Assembly: GCA_963817955.1 (NCBI GenBank)
Contig: CAWFQK010000004.1
Location: forward strand, 160,001-224,000
Length of the DNA stretch: 64,000 nucleotides
Source: an uncultured Gemmatimonadaceae bacterium
Lineage (GTDB): Bacteria; Gemmatimonadota; Gemmatimonadetes; Gemmatimonadales; Gemmatimonadaceae
Direction of reading: 5' to 3'
Below the pieces are notes generated by a model. It did no database searches, had not been told where the DNA came from, and saw nothing but the letters and a program-made list of their open reading frames with translations. Below are positions 38,927 to 49,978 of the stretch, piece by piece (position 1 is the first letter of the stretch; each line of letters starts with the position of its first letter). The translations under genes and the position numbers were made by a program.

Positions 38927-40477
38927 ATGACCATGCGAAACAAACTCGAGCTGTTGGAGCGCCGGATCGCCAAGTCGGAGCAGGGCGGCGGCGAAAAGCG
39001 TGTGAAGGACCAGCACGCCAAAGGCAAGCTCTCGGCTCGTGAACGGTTGGACCTGTTGCTCGACGAAGGCAGTTTCGTGGAGTTCGATCGGTTCGTCGTC
39101 CACCGCTCCACCGATTTTGGTCTCCAGGACGAGAAGTACTATGGCGATGGCGTCGTCACCGGATACGGCCGCATCGACGGCCGGCTGGTCTACGTCTTCT
39201 CGCAGGACTTCACGGTATTCGGCGGCTCGTTGTCGGAGACGTTTGCCGAGAAGATCTGCAAGGTGATGGAGCTCGCGGTGCGGAACGGCGCGCCGGTGAT
39301 CGGCCTCAACGACTCGGGCGGCGCGCGCATCCAGGAAGGCGTGGTATCGCTCGGCGGGTACGCCGACATCTTCCTGCGCAACACGCTCGCCTCGGGCGTG
39401 GTGCCGCAGATCTCCGCCATCCTCGGACCCTGTGCCGGCGGCGCCGTGTACTCGCCGGCGATCACGGATTTCATCTACATGGCCCGCGGCACGTCGTACA
39501 TGTTCGTGACGGGCCCAAATGTCGTGAAGACGGTGACGCATGAAGACGTCACCATGGAACAACTCGGCGGCGCGGACACGCATGCCGGCACATCGGGCGT
39601 GGCGCACTTCGTTCACGATTCCGAGCCGGCGCTGCTCCAGGCCATTCGCGAGCTGTTCCGCTTCATTCCGCAGAACAACATGGAGGACCCGCCACGCGGA
39701 CGTGGCACCGATCCGCGCGACCGCCGCGAGGAGTCGCTGCTCGACGTGGTGCCGGACAACGCGAACAAGCCGTACGACATGCACGAAGTGATTCGTCGCA
39801 TTGTGGACGACGGCGCGTTCTACGAGGTCCAGCCGGATTACGCGGGTAACGTGCTCTGTGGATTCGCCCACCTCGGCGCGTTCAGCGTCGGTATCGTGGC
39901 GAACCAGCCGGCGGTGCTCGCCGGCGTGCTCGACATCAATGCCTCGCTCAAGGCGGCGCGGTTCATTCGCTTCTGCGATGCGTTCAACATCCCGATCGTG
40001 ACCTTCGAGGACGTGCCGGGCTTTCTACCGGGGCTCACGCAGGAGCACGGCGGCATCATCAAACATGGCGCCAAGCTGCTCTACGCGTACTGCGAAGCCA
40101 CGGTGCCCAAGCTCACGGTGATCACGCGCAAAGCGTACGGCGGCGCCTACGACGTGATGTCGTCCAAGCACATTCGCGGCGACTACAACGTGGCGTGGCC
40201 CACCGCCGAGATCGCGGTGATGGGGCCCAAGGGCGCTGTGGAGATTCTCTTTCGGAAAGACATCAAGCAGAGTGACGACCCGCAGAAGGCCACCGACGAG
40301 AAGGTGGCCGAGTACTCGGCGAAGTTCGCCAACCCGTATGTCGCCGCGAGCCGTGGCTTCGTGGACGACATCATCGACCCACGCGACACGCGCCCGCGAC
40401 TGATCGACGCGCTGGAAACGATGCGCACCAAACGCGACAAGAACCCGCCGAAGAAGCACGGCAACATCCCGCTGTGA
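38927..40477 (+). CDS. pccB: Acyl-CoA (propionyl-CoA-type) carboxylase carboxyltransferase subunit
   Basis: [53 protein letters not shown]. Confidence 0.88.
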   Translation: MTMRNKLELLERRIAKSEQGGGEKRVKDQHAKGKLSARERLDLLLDEGSFVEFDRFVVHRSTDFGLQDEKYYGDGVVTGYGRIDGRLVYVFSQDFTVFGGSLSETFAEKICKVMELAVRNGAPVIGLNDSGGARIQEGVVSLGGYADIFLRNTLASGVVPQISAILGPCAGGAVYSPAITDFIYMARGTSYMFVTGPNVVKTVTHEDVTMEQLGGADTHAGTSGVAHFVHDSEPALLQAIRELFRFIPQNNMEDPPRGRGTDPRDRREESLLDVVPDNANKPYDMHEVIRRIVDDGAFYEVQPDYAGNVLCGFAHLGAFSVGIVANQPAVLAGVLDINASLKAARFIRFCDAFNIPIVTFEDVPGFLPGLTQEHGGIIKHGAKLLYAYCEATVPKLTVITRKAYGGAYDVMSSKHIRGDYNVAWPTAEIAVMGPKGAVEILFRKDIKQSDDPQKATDEKVAEYSAKFANPYVAASRGFVDDIIDPRDTRPRLIDALETMRTKRDKNPPKKHGNIPL

Positions 40478-41988
40478 TGTTCAATAAGATTCTGGTCGCC
40501 AACCGCGGAGAGATCGCGCTCCGCGTGATGCGTGCCTGCCGCGAGATGGGCATTGCGTCGGTCGCGGTCTACAGCGATGCCGACGTGCGTGCGCCGCACG
40601 TGCGCGAAGCCGATGAAGCCGTGAACATTGGCGCCGCGCCGTCCGCCGAGAGCTACCTGAAGGGCGACCGCATCATCGAGGCGGCGATAGCGACTGGCGC
40701 TCAGGCCATTCATCCCGGGTACGGATTCCTGGCGGAGCGCGAGTGGTTCGCGCGCGCCGTGCGCGACGCCGGGCTCGTGTTCATTGGCCCGCCGCCGGAA
40801 GCGATTGCCGCCATGGGCAGCAAGACGTCGGCGCGAACACTGGCGGTGGCAGCGAACGTACCGGTGGTACCGGGCACCACGGAAGCGCTGCGCGATTCGG
40901 CCGAGGCCCTCTTGATCGCCGAACGCTTTGGGTATCCGGTGTTGCTCAAAGCAGCGGCTGGCGGTGGCGGCAAGGGCATGCGCGTGGTGCGCGAGCCAGG
41001 CGAGATGGCAGCGGCGCTCGATGCCGCGCGTCGCGAAGCACAGAACGCGTTCGGCGATGACGCGGTGTATGTGGAGAAGTTCATCGTGGGGCCGCGGCAC
41101 GTCGAGATCCAGGTGCTCGGCGACCAGCACGGCACCATGCTGTCACTCAACGAGCGGGAATGTTCGGTGCAGCGCCGGCATCAGAAGATGATCGAAGAGG
41201 CGCCGTCGGTGGCGGTCACGCCGGAGATTCGCCGCGCCATGGGCGAGACGGCGGTGCGCGCCGCGAGCGCAGCGGGCTACTACAACGCCGGCACCTGCGA
41301 GTTTCTCCTCGATCGCGACGGGAAGTTCTATTTCCTCGAGATGAACACGCGCCTGCAGGTGGAGCACCCGGTCACCGAGTTGGTGACGGGCATCGACCTC
41401 GTGCAGTGGCAGATTCGCGTCGCGGCAGGGGAGCGCCTGCCGTTCACGCAGGACGACATCGTGTCGCGCGGTTGGGCTATGGAATGTCGTATCACGAGCG
41501 AGGATCCGGCAAACGGATTCCTGCCGTCCACCGGCCGCATCTCGTATCTGCATCTGCCGAGCGGTCCGGGGGTGCGTTGGGACGGCGGCATCGAGGTCGG
41601 CAGCGAGATCGGGCTGTTCTACGATCCCATGCTGGCCAAGCTCATCGTGCATGCGCCGACCCGTGAAGCAGCAATCGCCCGTATGCATCGCGCGCTGCTT
41701 GAGCTTACGATCGAGGGCGTGGAATCGTCGCGCGACTTTCACCTGCGGGTGATGGAGGACGCCGAGTTCCGTGACGGAGCGATCGAGATCCAATGGCTGG
41801 AACGACGGTTGGAGTCGTTGACCCGCGCGGCGCCGCCCGCAGACATTACGCGCAAGGCGGCAGTCGTGGCGGCGTTGTTGGCTGACCGCGATCGACAGGC
41901 GCCCAAACGCGCTACGGCGGCGTCTGCGGACGGACAGACGACCTCGGACGCGTGGACGCGTGCTGGCCGGTTGGAGGGTTTGCGATGA
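40477..41988 (+). CDS. accC: Biotin carboxylase subunit
   Basis: ANRGEIA, HPGYGFLAE, GGGGKGMR, ERECSVQRRHQK, EMNTRLQVEH, YDPMLAKL. Confidence 0.9.
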   Translation: MFNKILVANRGEIALRVMRACREMGIASVAVYSDADVRAPHVREADEAVNIGAAPSAESYLKGDRIIEAAIATGAQAIHPGYGFLAEREWFARAVRDAGLVFIGPPPEAIAAMGSKTSARTLAVAANVPVVPGTTEALRDSAEALLIAERFGYPVLLKAAAGGGGKGMRVVREPGEMAAALDAARREAQNAFGDDAVYVEKFIVGPRHVEIQVLGDQHGTMLSLNERECSVQRRHQKMIEEAPSVAVTPEIRRAMGETAVRAASAAGYYNAGTCEFLLDRDGKFYFLEMNTRLQVEHPVTELVTGIDLVQWQIRVAAGERLPFTQDDIVSRGWAMECRITSEDPANGFLPSTGRISYLHLPSGPGVRWDGGIEVGSEIGLFYDPMLAKLIVHAPTREAAIARMHRALLELTIEGVESSRDFHLRVMEDAEFRDGAIEIQWLERRLESLTRAAPPADITRKAAVVAALLADRDRQAPKRATAASADGQTTSDAWTRAGRLEGLR

Positions 41989-43214
41989 GTACTGCTGAAG
42001 TGACGATCGAGAGCCTCGCTGCCGGCGGCGACGGCATTGCGCGCGACCAGGGCATCGTGATCTTCGTGCCGCGTGCGGCGCCCGGCGATCGCGTGCGGGT
42101 CTCTGTGGACGCGCGCAAACGGTTCGCGCGCGGCACGATTGAGGATTTACTCATCCCGTCGCCGCAGCGCGTCGAGCCTGCCTGCCGCCACTACCGCGCC
42201 GATAAGTGCGGCGGGTGCCAGCTCCAGCATCTCGAGTATGGGGCGCAGCTCGACGCGAAGCGCGCCATCGTCCGCGACGCGATCGTGCGCATAGGCAAAC
42301 AGCCGATCGAGCCGCCGGACATCACGCCCAGCGAGAAGCAGTGGCGGTATCGGCGCAAGCTCACGCTCGCCATGCGGAAGCAGCCGAGCGGGGAATGGGT
42401 GATCGGTCTCCATCCCTATGACGATGCCGTCGGTGTCTTTCAACTCGTTGATTGCCCGATCACCGACGAGCGGGTGATGCACGTCTGGTCCCAGGTGATG
42501 GCGGCGCACCGCCATTTTCCGCCCGCGGACGAACTGCGTGCTTCCGTGCTCGTGACGGACGAGGGCGCATCCGTGGTGATGGAGGGTGGCAATGACTGGC
42601 CGGATCGCGCGGCGTTCTTCGTCGCCGTCCCGGACGCCGCGACGCTCTGGTGGAAGCCGTTGCATCGCGCGCGGGCGTTGGTTGCGCAGCGGGGGGAAGG
42701 GAACGCGCCCGCATTCTTCGCGCAGGTGAATGAATCGGTCGGACGCGCGCTGCACGAATACGTGCTGGCCCGCACGCTCTTCTACACGCCGGCGCGAGTG
42801 ATCGACGCCTACGCCGGCGCCGGTGCCACGGCCATTCCGCTCGCGCAGGGCGGCGTGCGGGTCATTGCGATCGAGTCTGACCGCGCCGCCGCGGCGCGCT
42901 GCTCGGCGCTCATGCCGAAAGGATCGCGGATGATCGTTGGGCGCGTCGAGGACTCGATCAGCTCCGTGCTCCCGGCCGACGTCATACTGGTCAACCCGCC
43001 GCGAACCGGCATTCACGAAAACGTCGCCGAGGCGCTGCAGACGGTGACCCAACCGCCACGTGCCGTCATCTACGTGAGCTGTGATCCCGCAACGTTGGCC
43101 CGCGACCTGACGCGGATGCCGCGCTATCGTATTGCCTCGCTCCGTGCGTTCGACATGTTCCCACAGACGGCGCATGTTGAAACAGTATGCGAACTCGTGC
43201 CGGATGCTGTATGA
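41985..43214 (+). CDS. RlmD/TrmA-family RNA (uracil-5)-methyltransferase
   Basis: TRAM domain, CGGCQLQH, NPPRTG, YVSCDPATLARD, DMFPQTAHVE. Confidence 0.9.
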   Translation: MSTAEVTIESLAAGGDGIARDQGIVIFVPRAAPGDRVRVSVDARKRFARGTIEDLLIPSPQRVEPACRHYRADKCGGCQLQHLEYGAQLDAKRAIVRDAIVRIGKQPIEPPDITPSEKQWRYRRKLTLAMRKQPSGEWVIGLHPYDDAVGVFQLVDCPITDERVMHVWSQVMAAHRHFPPADELRASVLVTDEGASVVMEGGNDWPDRAAFFVAVPDAATLWWKPLHRARALVAQRGEGNAPAFFAQVNESVGRALHEYVLARTLFYTPARVIDAYAGAGATAIPLAQGGVRVIAIESDRAAAARCSALMPKGSRMIVGRVEDSISSVLPADVILVNPPRTGIHENVAEALQTVTQPPRAVIYVSCDPATLARDLTRMPRYRIASLRAFDMFPQTAHVETVCELVPDAV

Positions 43215-43711
43215 AATATTATGTGCGGCTCGATGGCGCCGAGCACGAGGTGGAGCTGGATGCCAACGGTGTGCATCTCGACGGCGAGGACGTGTCGGCG
43301 CAGGTCGCGTCGATCGACGGCACGCCGGTACGTCTGGTGACGATCGGCAACGAGGTCCATCGTGTCATCGTGCGGCCCGGCGCTACGCGCGGCAGCTACA
43401 CGCTGTGGCTCGACGGCTATCGCTTTGACGCCGAGGCGCTCGACGAACGCACGCGTGCCATTCGCGAGTTGTCGGGCGCGGCGGCCGGCCCGTCCGGGCC
43501 CGCTCCGCTCAAGGCGCCGATGCCGGGACTGATCGTGCGCATCCACGTCGCGATCGGCGACGAGGTGCAGGCCGGGCAGGGGCTGGTGGTGATGGAGGCG
43601 ATGAAGATGGAGAACGAGCTGCGCACGACAGTTGCCGGCCGGGTGAAGCAGATTGTGGTGACGCCGGGAATCGCCGTCGAGAAGGGCGCAATACTCATCG
43701 AGCTCGAATGA
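43211..43711 (+). CDS. Biotin carboxyl carrier protein
   Basis: APMPG, EAMKMENE biotinylation motif. Confidence 0.92.
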   Translation: MKYYVRLDGAEHEVELDANGVHLDGEDVSAQVASIDGTPVRLVTIGNEVHRVIVRPGATRGSYTLWLDGYRFDAEALDERTRAIRELSGAAAGPSGPAPLKAPMPGLIVRIHVAIGDEVQAGQGLVVMEAMKMENELRTTVAGRVKQIVVTPGIAVEKGAILIELE

Positions 43712-43725
43712 CAGGGAGAGTCCGC

Positions 43726-44595
43726 ATGCGTAGATCCTCGCTGTGCTTTGCCGTGCTGCTGGCATCTGCCGCGGTGCTGGGCGCTCAGGCGCCGAGCACC
43801 GACATCTATCTGGCGCCGTTGACGGTGAGCGGAGGCCGCGTCACCGTCGGCACGCCGATCAACGTCACACACCGGCCCGGCTACGACAACCAGCCGTCGT
43901 TCACGCCCGACAGCCGTTCCGTGTTGTTCACGTCCGTTCACGAGGATGCGCAGTCCGACATCTACCGGTACGACATCGCGTCCCAGTCGATTGCGCGTGT
44001 GACGAGTACGCCGGAGAGCGAGTACTCCGCCACCGTCATGCCCGGCGGCAAGCGCTTCTCTGTGATTCGCGTGGAGCGGGACTCGACGCAGCGTCTGTGG
44101 AGCTTCGCGCTCGACGGCACGGACCCGCGCATCGTCATCGAGTCATTGAAGCCCGTGGGCTATCATGCGTGGCTCGACGCCAACACGCTGGTGATGTTCG
44201 TGCTCGGCCGTCCGAACGCGCTCGTCCGCGCGGACCTGCGAACCGGGAAACTGGATACACTCGCACGCAACATCGGCCGCTCGCTCGCGCCGCTGCCCGA
44301 CCGAAGTGGATTCTCTTATGTTCGGCTGCACGACTCGACGGCGACCCTCGTGGCAATGCACACGCAAGGCGGCACCACCGACCTCGTCTCCATGCCCCGT
44401 GGTACCGAGGACATTGCGTGGCTGTCGAACGGAACCGTGCTCGCCGCCTCGGGGAGCGCGCTGCTGTCGTGGCACGACGGACAGAAGGGCTGGACCCCGA
44501 TTGCCGACCTCGCGGGCGCCGGGCTTACACGCATGAGCCGAGTTGCCGTGAGCCCGGACGGGAAGTGGATCGCGATCGTGAGCGCGGAGCGGTAG
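43726..44595 (+). CDS. Secreted TolB-like beta-propeller protein
   Basis: Signal peptide; GYDNQPSFTPD, ESEYS, VAVSPDGKWIA. Confidence 0.8.
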   Translation: MRRSSLCFAVLLASAAVLGAQAPSTDIYLAPLTVSGGRVTVGTPINVTHRPGYDNQPSFTPDSRSVLFTSVHEDAQSDIYRYDIASQSIARVTSTPESEYSATVMPGGKRFSVIRVERDSTQRLWSFALDGTDPRIVIESLKPVGYHAWLDANTLVMFVLGRPNALVRADLRTGKLDTLARNIGRSLAPLPDRSGFSYVRLHDSTATLVAMHTQGGTTDLVSMPRGTEDIAWLSNGTVLAASGSALLSWHDGQKGWTPIADLAGAGLTRMSRVAVSPDGKWIAIVSAER

Positions 44596-44598
44596 TGC

Positions 44599-44625
44599 GA
44601 CACGGGACACGAGACACGGGACACG
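44599..44625 (+). repeat. GACACG(G/A) heptamer array
   Basis: GACACGG GACACGA GACACGG GACACG. Confidence 0.85.
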
Positions 44626-44632
44626 CGATGAC

Positions 44633-44659
44633 TGTCATCCTGAGCAACGCGAAGGATCT
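44633..44659 (+). repeat. REP-like element
   Basis: TGTCATCCTGAGCAACGCGAAGGATCT (ATCCT...AGGAT stem), shape of known GTCATCC-type intergenic repeats; single copy in window. Confidence 0.5.
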
Positions 44660-44730
44660 CCGGGACCGGAGCGCTAACGGCGCGAACGACTGAGGTTGGT
44701 CCGGCGCGGTTACGCGCCGGACCTAGTCAA

Positions 44731-44910
44731 TTACGCAGCCGGCGGCGTTTGGTCTCGCCGCGCCCGGAACACGCGCACGGCCCCTGCGAGCATCAACAGC
44801 CCTCCGGCAATGAGGCCCAACTTGCTCGATCGCGTGCCGTGATTGGTGATGGTGACCCACAGCGCGCCGATGAACACCATTGGCATGCCTGTGATGTGGT
44901 TCCGGTGCAT
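44731..44910 (-). CDS. Small two-TM membrane protein (59 aa), below the ORF-track cutoff
   Basis: AGGAG RBS; MHRNHITGMPMVFIGALWVTI...LGLIAGGLLMLAGAVRVFRARRDQTPPAA*. Confidence 0.6.
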   Translation of the reverse strand: MHRNHITGMPMVFIGALWVTITNHGTRSSKLGLIAGGLLMLAGAVRVFRARRDQTPPAA

Positions 44911-45072
44911 GGAGTGCTCCTGGGAAAGGTGTCAGCTTGACGCCGGGCGCTGCGGTGGGCGGTCGCCACAATATGTATGACTGATTTACGGCACGCGAGA
45001 TACGAGATACGATGTAGCGTTGTCGACCAGCGCCGGCTTCTCGCACCGGTCGGCGAGTTTCGGGTTGCCATT

Positions 45073-45678
45073 TCAGCGTCCCGTGTCTCGTGTCCCGTGT
45101 CCCGTGTCCCTTCCCTCATCGACATCCGCCTGCCGTTGCATTGCTTCCGTCCAGTTGATGGTCGGCGCAACCTCGTCGTCGGCTAACTCGAGCGCGGCGC
45201 GCGCGCGTTCGACCACCGGCGCACCGAGGGCGGGCGGGAGCGACAACCCGAACTCCAACTCCGCGCGGCGACAGATCCGCTCCTCGTGCGGCAGATCACG
45301 CGTCTCCTGGCGCACGCCCATGCGATGTGCCCGGGCGTGCATCCCCTCGTGAACGATCGAAGATGCCACGGTGGCGGCGGTGATATCTCGTCGGGCGAGA
45401 AACGTGAGCTCAGTGATGCACGCGCGTTCTGCCGGGATGTACGCTCCTCGACAGGGGAAGCGAACGACCGCGAAGTGACGCAGGTCGCGACGCAGATGCT
45501 CGGCGCGCCATGGCTGATGATGCTCGATCAGCGCGATCGCTTCGTCCAGACGCGCGAGGACGTCGGCCGTCGCAATGTCAGGCCGGGTGTTCTCGACGAC
45601 AACACGAAAGCCACGCACGGCGTGTGCCTCCGTGCGTGAAACGCCGAGCCAGCGCAGAAACTTGTCTGTCGCGCTCAT
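45073..45678 (-). CDS. Hypothetical protein with HExxH motif
   Basis: SSIVHEGMHARAH...EERIC; C-terminus runs into heptamer repeats. Confidence 0.7.
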   Translation of the reverse strand: MSATDKFLRWLGVSRTEAHAVRGFRVVVENTRPDIATADVLARLDEAIALIEHHQPWRAEHLRRDLRHFAVVRFPCRGAYIPAERACITELTFLARRDITAATVASSIVHEGMHARAHRMGVRQETRDLPHEERICRRAELEFGLSLPPALGAPVVERARAALELADDEVAPTINWTEAMQRQADVDEGRDTGHGTRDTGR

Positions 45679-46157
45679 CTCTTAGCTTTGAGGTCACGGA
45701 GCTTGGTCGTTGCTCGCAAGTACAGCGGGTGCAACGGCAAGCCTTGTTTCGTCGTTCCCAGGCAGCGCAGCGACCGAAGGAGCGGGAGGACATGTGTATC
45801 GCGATCCTGGTACCGCCCGCCGTTTCCCCATGCGGCTACCGTAACCGCGGCCTCCTCGGACAACCGGACGAGCCAGGAATCGTTTCGCGGACCGACTGGC
45901 TTGGTCGCTAAGTGCATGACGCGCGGCCATGGCGTGCGGTAGGCAAAGAGATTGCCGACGAGTAGCTGTCCGAAGCCCCAATCGCGCGCAAACCGAATGC
46001 AGCGCCGAATAGTGGGGTCGTCGATCCGGTGATCCGCCGTCGAGGGATTCAACCCGATGAACAAGATCGCTGGCTTGTCGGGGGCCCAGACTCTCCGAAG
46101 GACATAGCGATATTGCCGGTCGCGCGAGAACACTGCCGAACGCAACACGAGATGCAA
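45675..46157 (-). CDS. DUF1643 family protein
   Basis: YRYVLRRVW, FIGLNPSTAD, DPTIRRC, NLFAYR, AAWG, HPLY. Confidence 0.85.
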   Translation of the reverse strand: MHLVLRSAVFSRDRQYRYVLRRVWAPDKPAILFIGLNPSTADHRIDDPTIRRCIRFARDWGFGQLLVGNLFAYRTPWPRVMHLATKPVGPRNDSWLVRLSEEAAVTVAAWGNGGRYQDRDTHVLPLLRSLRCLGTTKQGLPLHPLYLRATTKLRDLKAKR

Positions 46158-46217
46158 CGAGGTTCAGGGTTGTCTCATTCTCCCGCGGCCGATCCGCGAT
46201 TCACGACCGCCGTCTGC

Positions 46218-46853
46218 TTACGGATTACCCGCGTAGAGAGAATCGAGCAGGCGGACGTACTGCGCCAGCGGCAACAATCCCATCCGAGCACGCCGCGCGT
46301 CCACGCTTGCGGAGTCGCCAATGGGTCTGAGGACGACGCGCCCATCCGCGATGCCGGCTTGGGACCCGTACACCTGCGGCAGGCCCCGGGCGCTGGCAAG
46401 GCGGTCCGTGAGCAGTGCGACTTGCTGACCCTCGGCATCGCCAGACGCGTACGCCTGCTCCAGGAGCGGGAGAACGAGCGCCTGGAAGGCAGTATCGCGG
46501 TCGGCGTGCTGCACGAGGAGAAACGCGGCATTGGCCCCGTCCGCGCCGACGGCGGAGCGGCCCGGCCAGCCGTGCGCAGTCACGACGCCCATGAGCCACT
46601 CCGTGTTCGCGGTATCAACCGTGATGAGGCGTTCGACGTCGAGGGAGTCCAGCGCCAGACCCTCACTCTGCTTCTTCGCGAGGTCGATTCGAACCGCTTG
46701 ATCTGCCGCGAGGCGCGTCAACAGTTCCCGACGCAACGGTCCGTCCGGCGAGGGCATTGCCAGGCTGCCGGCGGCGACGGATAGCTGACCAGTATGCGGT
46801 GCGGCGCAGGCAAACAGGAGGACACCGGACAGGAGACACGCGACACGGGACAT
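46218..46853 (-). CDS. DUF6624-like lipoprotein
   Basis: LLFA-C lipobox; DQAVR, HGWPG, AFLLVQHAD, LTDR, QVYGSQ, VDARRARMGL. Confidence 0.75.
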   Translation of the reverse strand: MSRVACLLSGVLLFACAAPHTGQLSVAAGSLAMPSPDGPLRRELLTRLAADQAVRIDLAKKQSEGLALDSLDVERLITVDTANTEWLMGVVTAHGWPGRSAVGADGANAAFLLVQHADRDTAFQALVLPLLEQAYASGDAEGQQVALLTDRLASARGLPQVYGSQAGIADGRVVLRPIGDSASVDARRARMGLLPLAQYVRLLDSLYAGNP

Positions 46854-46952
46854 GGGACACGGGAGACGCAATTGAAACAGCTTCATCGCTGGTCGAATCG
46901 CTCGCATTCGTCGTAGTCGCAGTTGAATGGTTGATGCCTGCATGGCGAGCCG

Positions 46953-47672
46953 TTATCGCTCCGGTGCCGCGAGCGCATCCACCGACATGAATACGTTAAT
47001 CACGCCGCGGGATTTCAGGTCGCCTTCATATCCAAGATAATGATGCATGGCCTCCAGACGATCCGTCCACTCGGCAGCCGACTGCGGATCGCCCACACCC
47101 GTGTCGCCGTAGAAATACAGGCACACGAGCCACGCCGTCACCCCGCGCTCACGGAAGAATTCCAGGTGAGCCAGACGGGCTGCATACTGAAAATATTCGC
47201 GCGACCAATCCTCGGCGTGTGCGCCGAGCGCCGCTTTGGTGTGCGCGAGAGCAGCGTCGATGCGGACTCGTGACTTCTCGGCCGCGCCGCAATGCGACGT
47301 GAGCTCGTTGAAGTTCGTCTTTGCCTCGACCAGGACCACCTGCTTTCCGGACGCGTTGCCAAGCGCGTCCCACTGTGGACCACCTGGTGCCCAGAATGCC
47401 TTGAGATCTGGTATCAACTGTGGCATTTCGAGGTGCAGCAACGTTCCGGCATCCCGGTACTCCGCCCATTGGTCGCGCTGTCGCGGCGAAATCCACTCGA
47501 TCGTCCAATCCGGCGTTTCGCCGAGGCTCCCCCGAACGGCGTCAGTGAGCAGCGCCGGGTGGAACTCGATCAGTCGCTGAATCCATTTCCGACTGCCGCT
47601 GGTGCCAAGCTGCTGAGGAACTCTTTGCTGGATAAACATGACGGCCTGGTTGAATAGCGTAATCTCACTCAC
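46953..47672 (-). CDS. Hypothetical protein, putative PD-(D/E)xK nuclease fold
   Basis: GPQWDALG...VVLVEAK and YFQYAARL motifs; start estimated. Confidence 0.55.
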   Translation of the reverse strand: MSEITLFNQAVMFIQQRVPQQLGTSGSRKWIQRLIEFHPALLTDAVRGSLGETPDWTIEWISPRQRDQWAEYRDAGTLLHLEMPQLIPDLKAFWAPGGPQWDALGNASGKQVVLVEAKTNFNELTSHCGAAEKSRVRIDAALAHTKAALGAHAEDWSREYFQYAARLAHLEFFRERGVTAWLVCLYFYGDTGVGDPQSAAEWTDRLEAMHHYLGYEGDLKSRGVINVFMSVDALAAPER

Positions 47673-47694
47673 GTCGCCACGCCGGGCCAGTTCT

Positions 47695-48393
47695 TCAGCG
47701 TTTCTCCTCTGCGTGATGCTTGATCTGCTTGCCCTCGGCCAGGAACACGGCATCCTCGCCGATATTGGTCGCCAGGTCGGCCACGCGCTCGAGATTCCGG
47801 CTCACCAGCAGCAGCTCGAGCGACGGCGTGATGGTCCGTGCGTCCTCCATCATATGGGTGATGAGGATGCGAAAGACCGAGTTGTGCAGCGCGTCCACCT
47901 CGTCATCGGCGCGGCACACCTGGCGGCCCAACGTCCCATCGGCGCGCACGAAGGCGGTGAGGCTGTCGTGCAGCATCTGCCGCGCCCGGCGCGACATCTC
48001 GCCAATCTCGGGGTCCGGTGGGATCGTCGCGGCCGATTCGGCCAGGCGGCGCGCGCTCTGTGCGATGTTCACCGCATGATCGCCGACACGCTCGAGATCG
48101 TTCGCAACCTTGATCGCCGAGATGATGAAGCGGAGATCGCGCGCCATTGGTTGCTGCAGCGCCAGCAGCGCAATCGCCTTGTCCTCGATCTCCAGCTCGA
48201 GCGCGTCGATCTCGCGGTCGCCGGTCACGACGGCATCGGCCATCCCCTGATCTCTATTCCGCAGCGCGTCCACGGAGAGGTCGAGCAGCGAGGTCGCCAG
48301 ATCGGACATATCGAGCAGACGCTGCTTGAGATGCCCGAGCTGATCGTGAAAATGACGGAATCCACCGGGCGCGCCGGTCTCTGGAAGGGTCAT
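47695..48393 (-). CDS. phoU: Phosphate signalling protein PhoU
   Basis: [35 protein letters not shown]. Confidence 0.96.
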   Translation of the reverse strand: MTLPETGAPGGFRHFHDQLGHLKQRLLDMSDLATSLLDLSVDALRNRDQGMADAVVTGDREIDALELEIEDKAIALLALQQPMARDLRFIISAIKVANDLERVGDHAVNIAQSARRLAESAATIPPDPEIGEMSRRARQMLHDSLTAFVRADGTLGRQVCRADDEVDALHNSVFRILITHMMEDARTITPSLELLLVSRNLERVADLATNIGEDAVFLAEGKQIKHHAEEKR

Positions 48394-49190
48394 CCGAATC
48401 TCCCGGTAATGTAGGCTTCGGTGCGATCGTTGGTCGGGCTGGTGAATATGCGGTCCGTGGGACCGGATTCGACGAGTTGCCCGAGATAGAAGAAAGCTGT
48501 CCGGTCGGAGACGCGTGCCGCCTGCTGGAGATTGTGCGTGACGATCACGATAGTGAGGTCGCGCTTGAGCTCATACACGAGCTCCTCCACTTTCTGGGTC
48601 GCGATTGGATCGAGCGCGCTCGCCGGCTCGTCGAGCAGCAAGACCTCCGGCTCGTTTGCCAGCGCACGGGCAATGCACAGACGTTGCTGCTGGCCGCCCG
48701 AGAGACTGAGCGCGCTCTCGCGCAGGCGGTCTTTCACCTCATCCCACAGGACGGCGCGCTGCAGCGCCGACTCCACGATGATATCGAGATCTGGACCCTT
48801 CCGAAGGCCATTCGTTTTCGGCCCGTAGGCCACGTTCTCGTAGATGGACTTCGGAAAGGGATTCGAGCGCTGGAATACCATGCCCACGCGCCGTCGCAGT
48901 GCCACGGGATCCATGTCGCGGCTGTAGACGTCGGTGCCATCGAGACGCATTGCGCCTTCGTGCCGCACGCCGACAAGCAGCGTGTTCAGGCGATTGATCG
49001 AGCGCAGGAACGTCGATTTGCCGCAGCCCGATGGGCCGATGAGCGCCGTCACCGAGCGCGGATGCGCCGTGAGCGTGATGTCGAACAGGGCCTGCTTCTC
49101 GCCATACCAAAAGGAGAAGTGCTCGGCACATACTTCGCCGCCGTCCGTCGGCCCGGCAAGTGGCTCCACGTCCATTGCTGGTGCGGTCAT
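48390..49190 (-). CDS. pstB: Phosphate ABC ATPase
   Basis: [41 protein letters not shown]. Confidence 0.95.
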   Translation of the reverse strand: MTAPAMDVEPLAGPTDGGEVCAEHFSFWYGEKQALFDITLTAHPRSVTALIGPSGCGKSTFLRSINRLNTLLVGVRHEGAMRLDGTDVYSRDMDPVALRRRVGMVFQRSNPFPKSIYENVAYGPKTNGLRKGPDLDIIVESALQRAVLWDEVKDRLRESALSLSGGQQQRLCIARALANEPEVLLLDEPASALDPIATQKVEELVYELKRDLTIVIVTHNLQQAARVSDRTAFFYLGQLVESGPTDRIFTSPTNDRTEAYITGRFG

Positions 49191-49978
49191 CCGAACCTGC
49201 CGGTGATGTAGGCTTCCGTCCGCGGATCGCGCGGAGCGGTGAAGATGGTGTTCGTGGGCGCGTCTTCCACGAGCTCGCCGGACAGCATGAACGCTGTGCG
49301 ATCGGAGATGCGCGCCGCCTGCTGCATGTTGTGCGTCACGATGATGATCGTGACGTCCGATTTGAGCTCGTACACCAGCTCTTCGACTTTCTGCGAGCTG
49401 AGTGGGTCGAGTGACGCGGTCGGCTCGTCGAGCAGCAACACCTTGGGCGACGTTGCCAGTGCACGCGCGATACACAGCCGCTGTTGCTGTCCGCCTGACA
49501 ACGCGATGGCGCTCGCGTGCAGCCGGTCCTTTACTTCGTCCCACAATGCCGCCCGGCGCAGCGTGCGTTCAACGAGTTCGTTGGTCTCGCGACGCGAGGG
49601 ACGTTCGCCGCGATCGATCACTTTGAGTCCCGCCGCCACGTTGTCGCGGATCGACATGGTCGGAAAGGGGGTCGGCCGCTGAAAGACCATACCGACGTGC
49701 CGGCGTACGGCGATTGCGCTGACGTCGGACCCATAGATGTCGCGTCCCTCGAAGCGCACCTCGCCCTCGGCGCGCGCCCCGGGCACGGTCTCGTGCATGC
49801 GATTGAGGCACCGGAGGAGCGTGGACTTGCCGCACCCCGAGGGTCCGATGATCGCCGTTACGCGTCCGGCGGCCACGCCGAACGAGACGTCGCGCACGAC
49901 ACGCGAGGCACCAAAATACGCGTCGAGCCCGACGGTCTCCACACAGTAGACCTCGCCGCGAGCTGCGGTCTCAGTCAC
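49187..49978 (-). CDS. pstB: Phosphate ABC ATPase (second copy)
   Basis: Same motifs; [10 protein letters not shown]. Confidence 0.95.
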   Translation of the reverse strand: MTETAARGEVYCVETVGLDAYFGASRVVRDVSFGVAAGRVTAIIGPSGCGKSTLLRCLNRMHETVPGARAEGEVRFEGRDIYGSDVSAIAVRRHVGMVFQRPTPFPTMSIRDNVAAGLKVIDRGERPSRRETNELVERTLRRAALWDEVKDRLHASAIALSGGQQQRLCIARALATSPKVLLLDEPTASLDPLSSQKVEELVYELKSDVTIIIVTHNMQQAARISDRTAFMLSGELVEDAPTNTIFTAPRDPRTEAYITGRFG

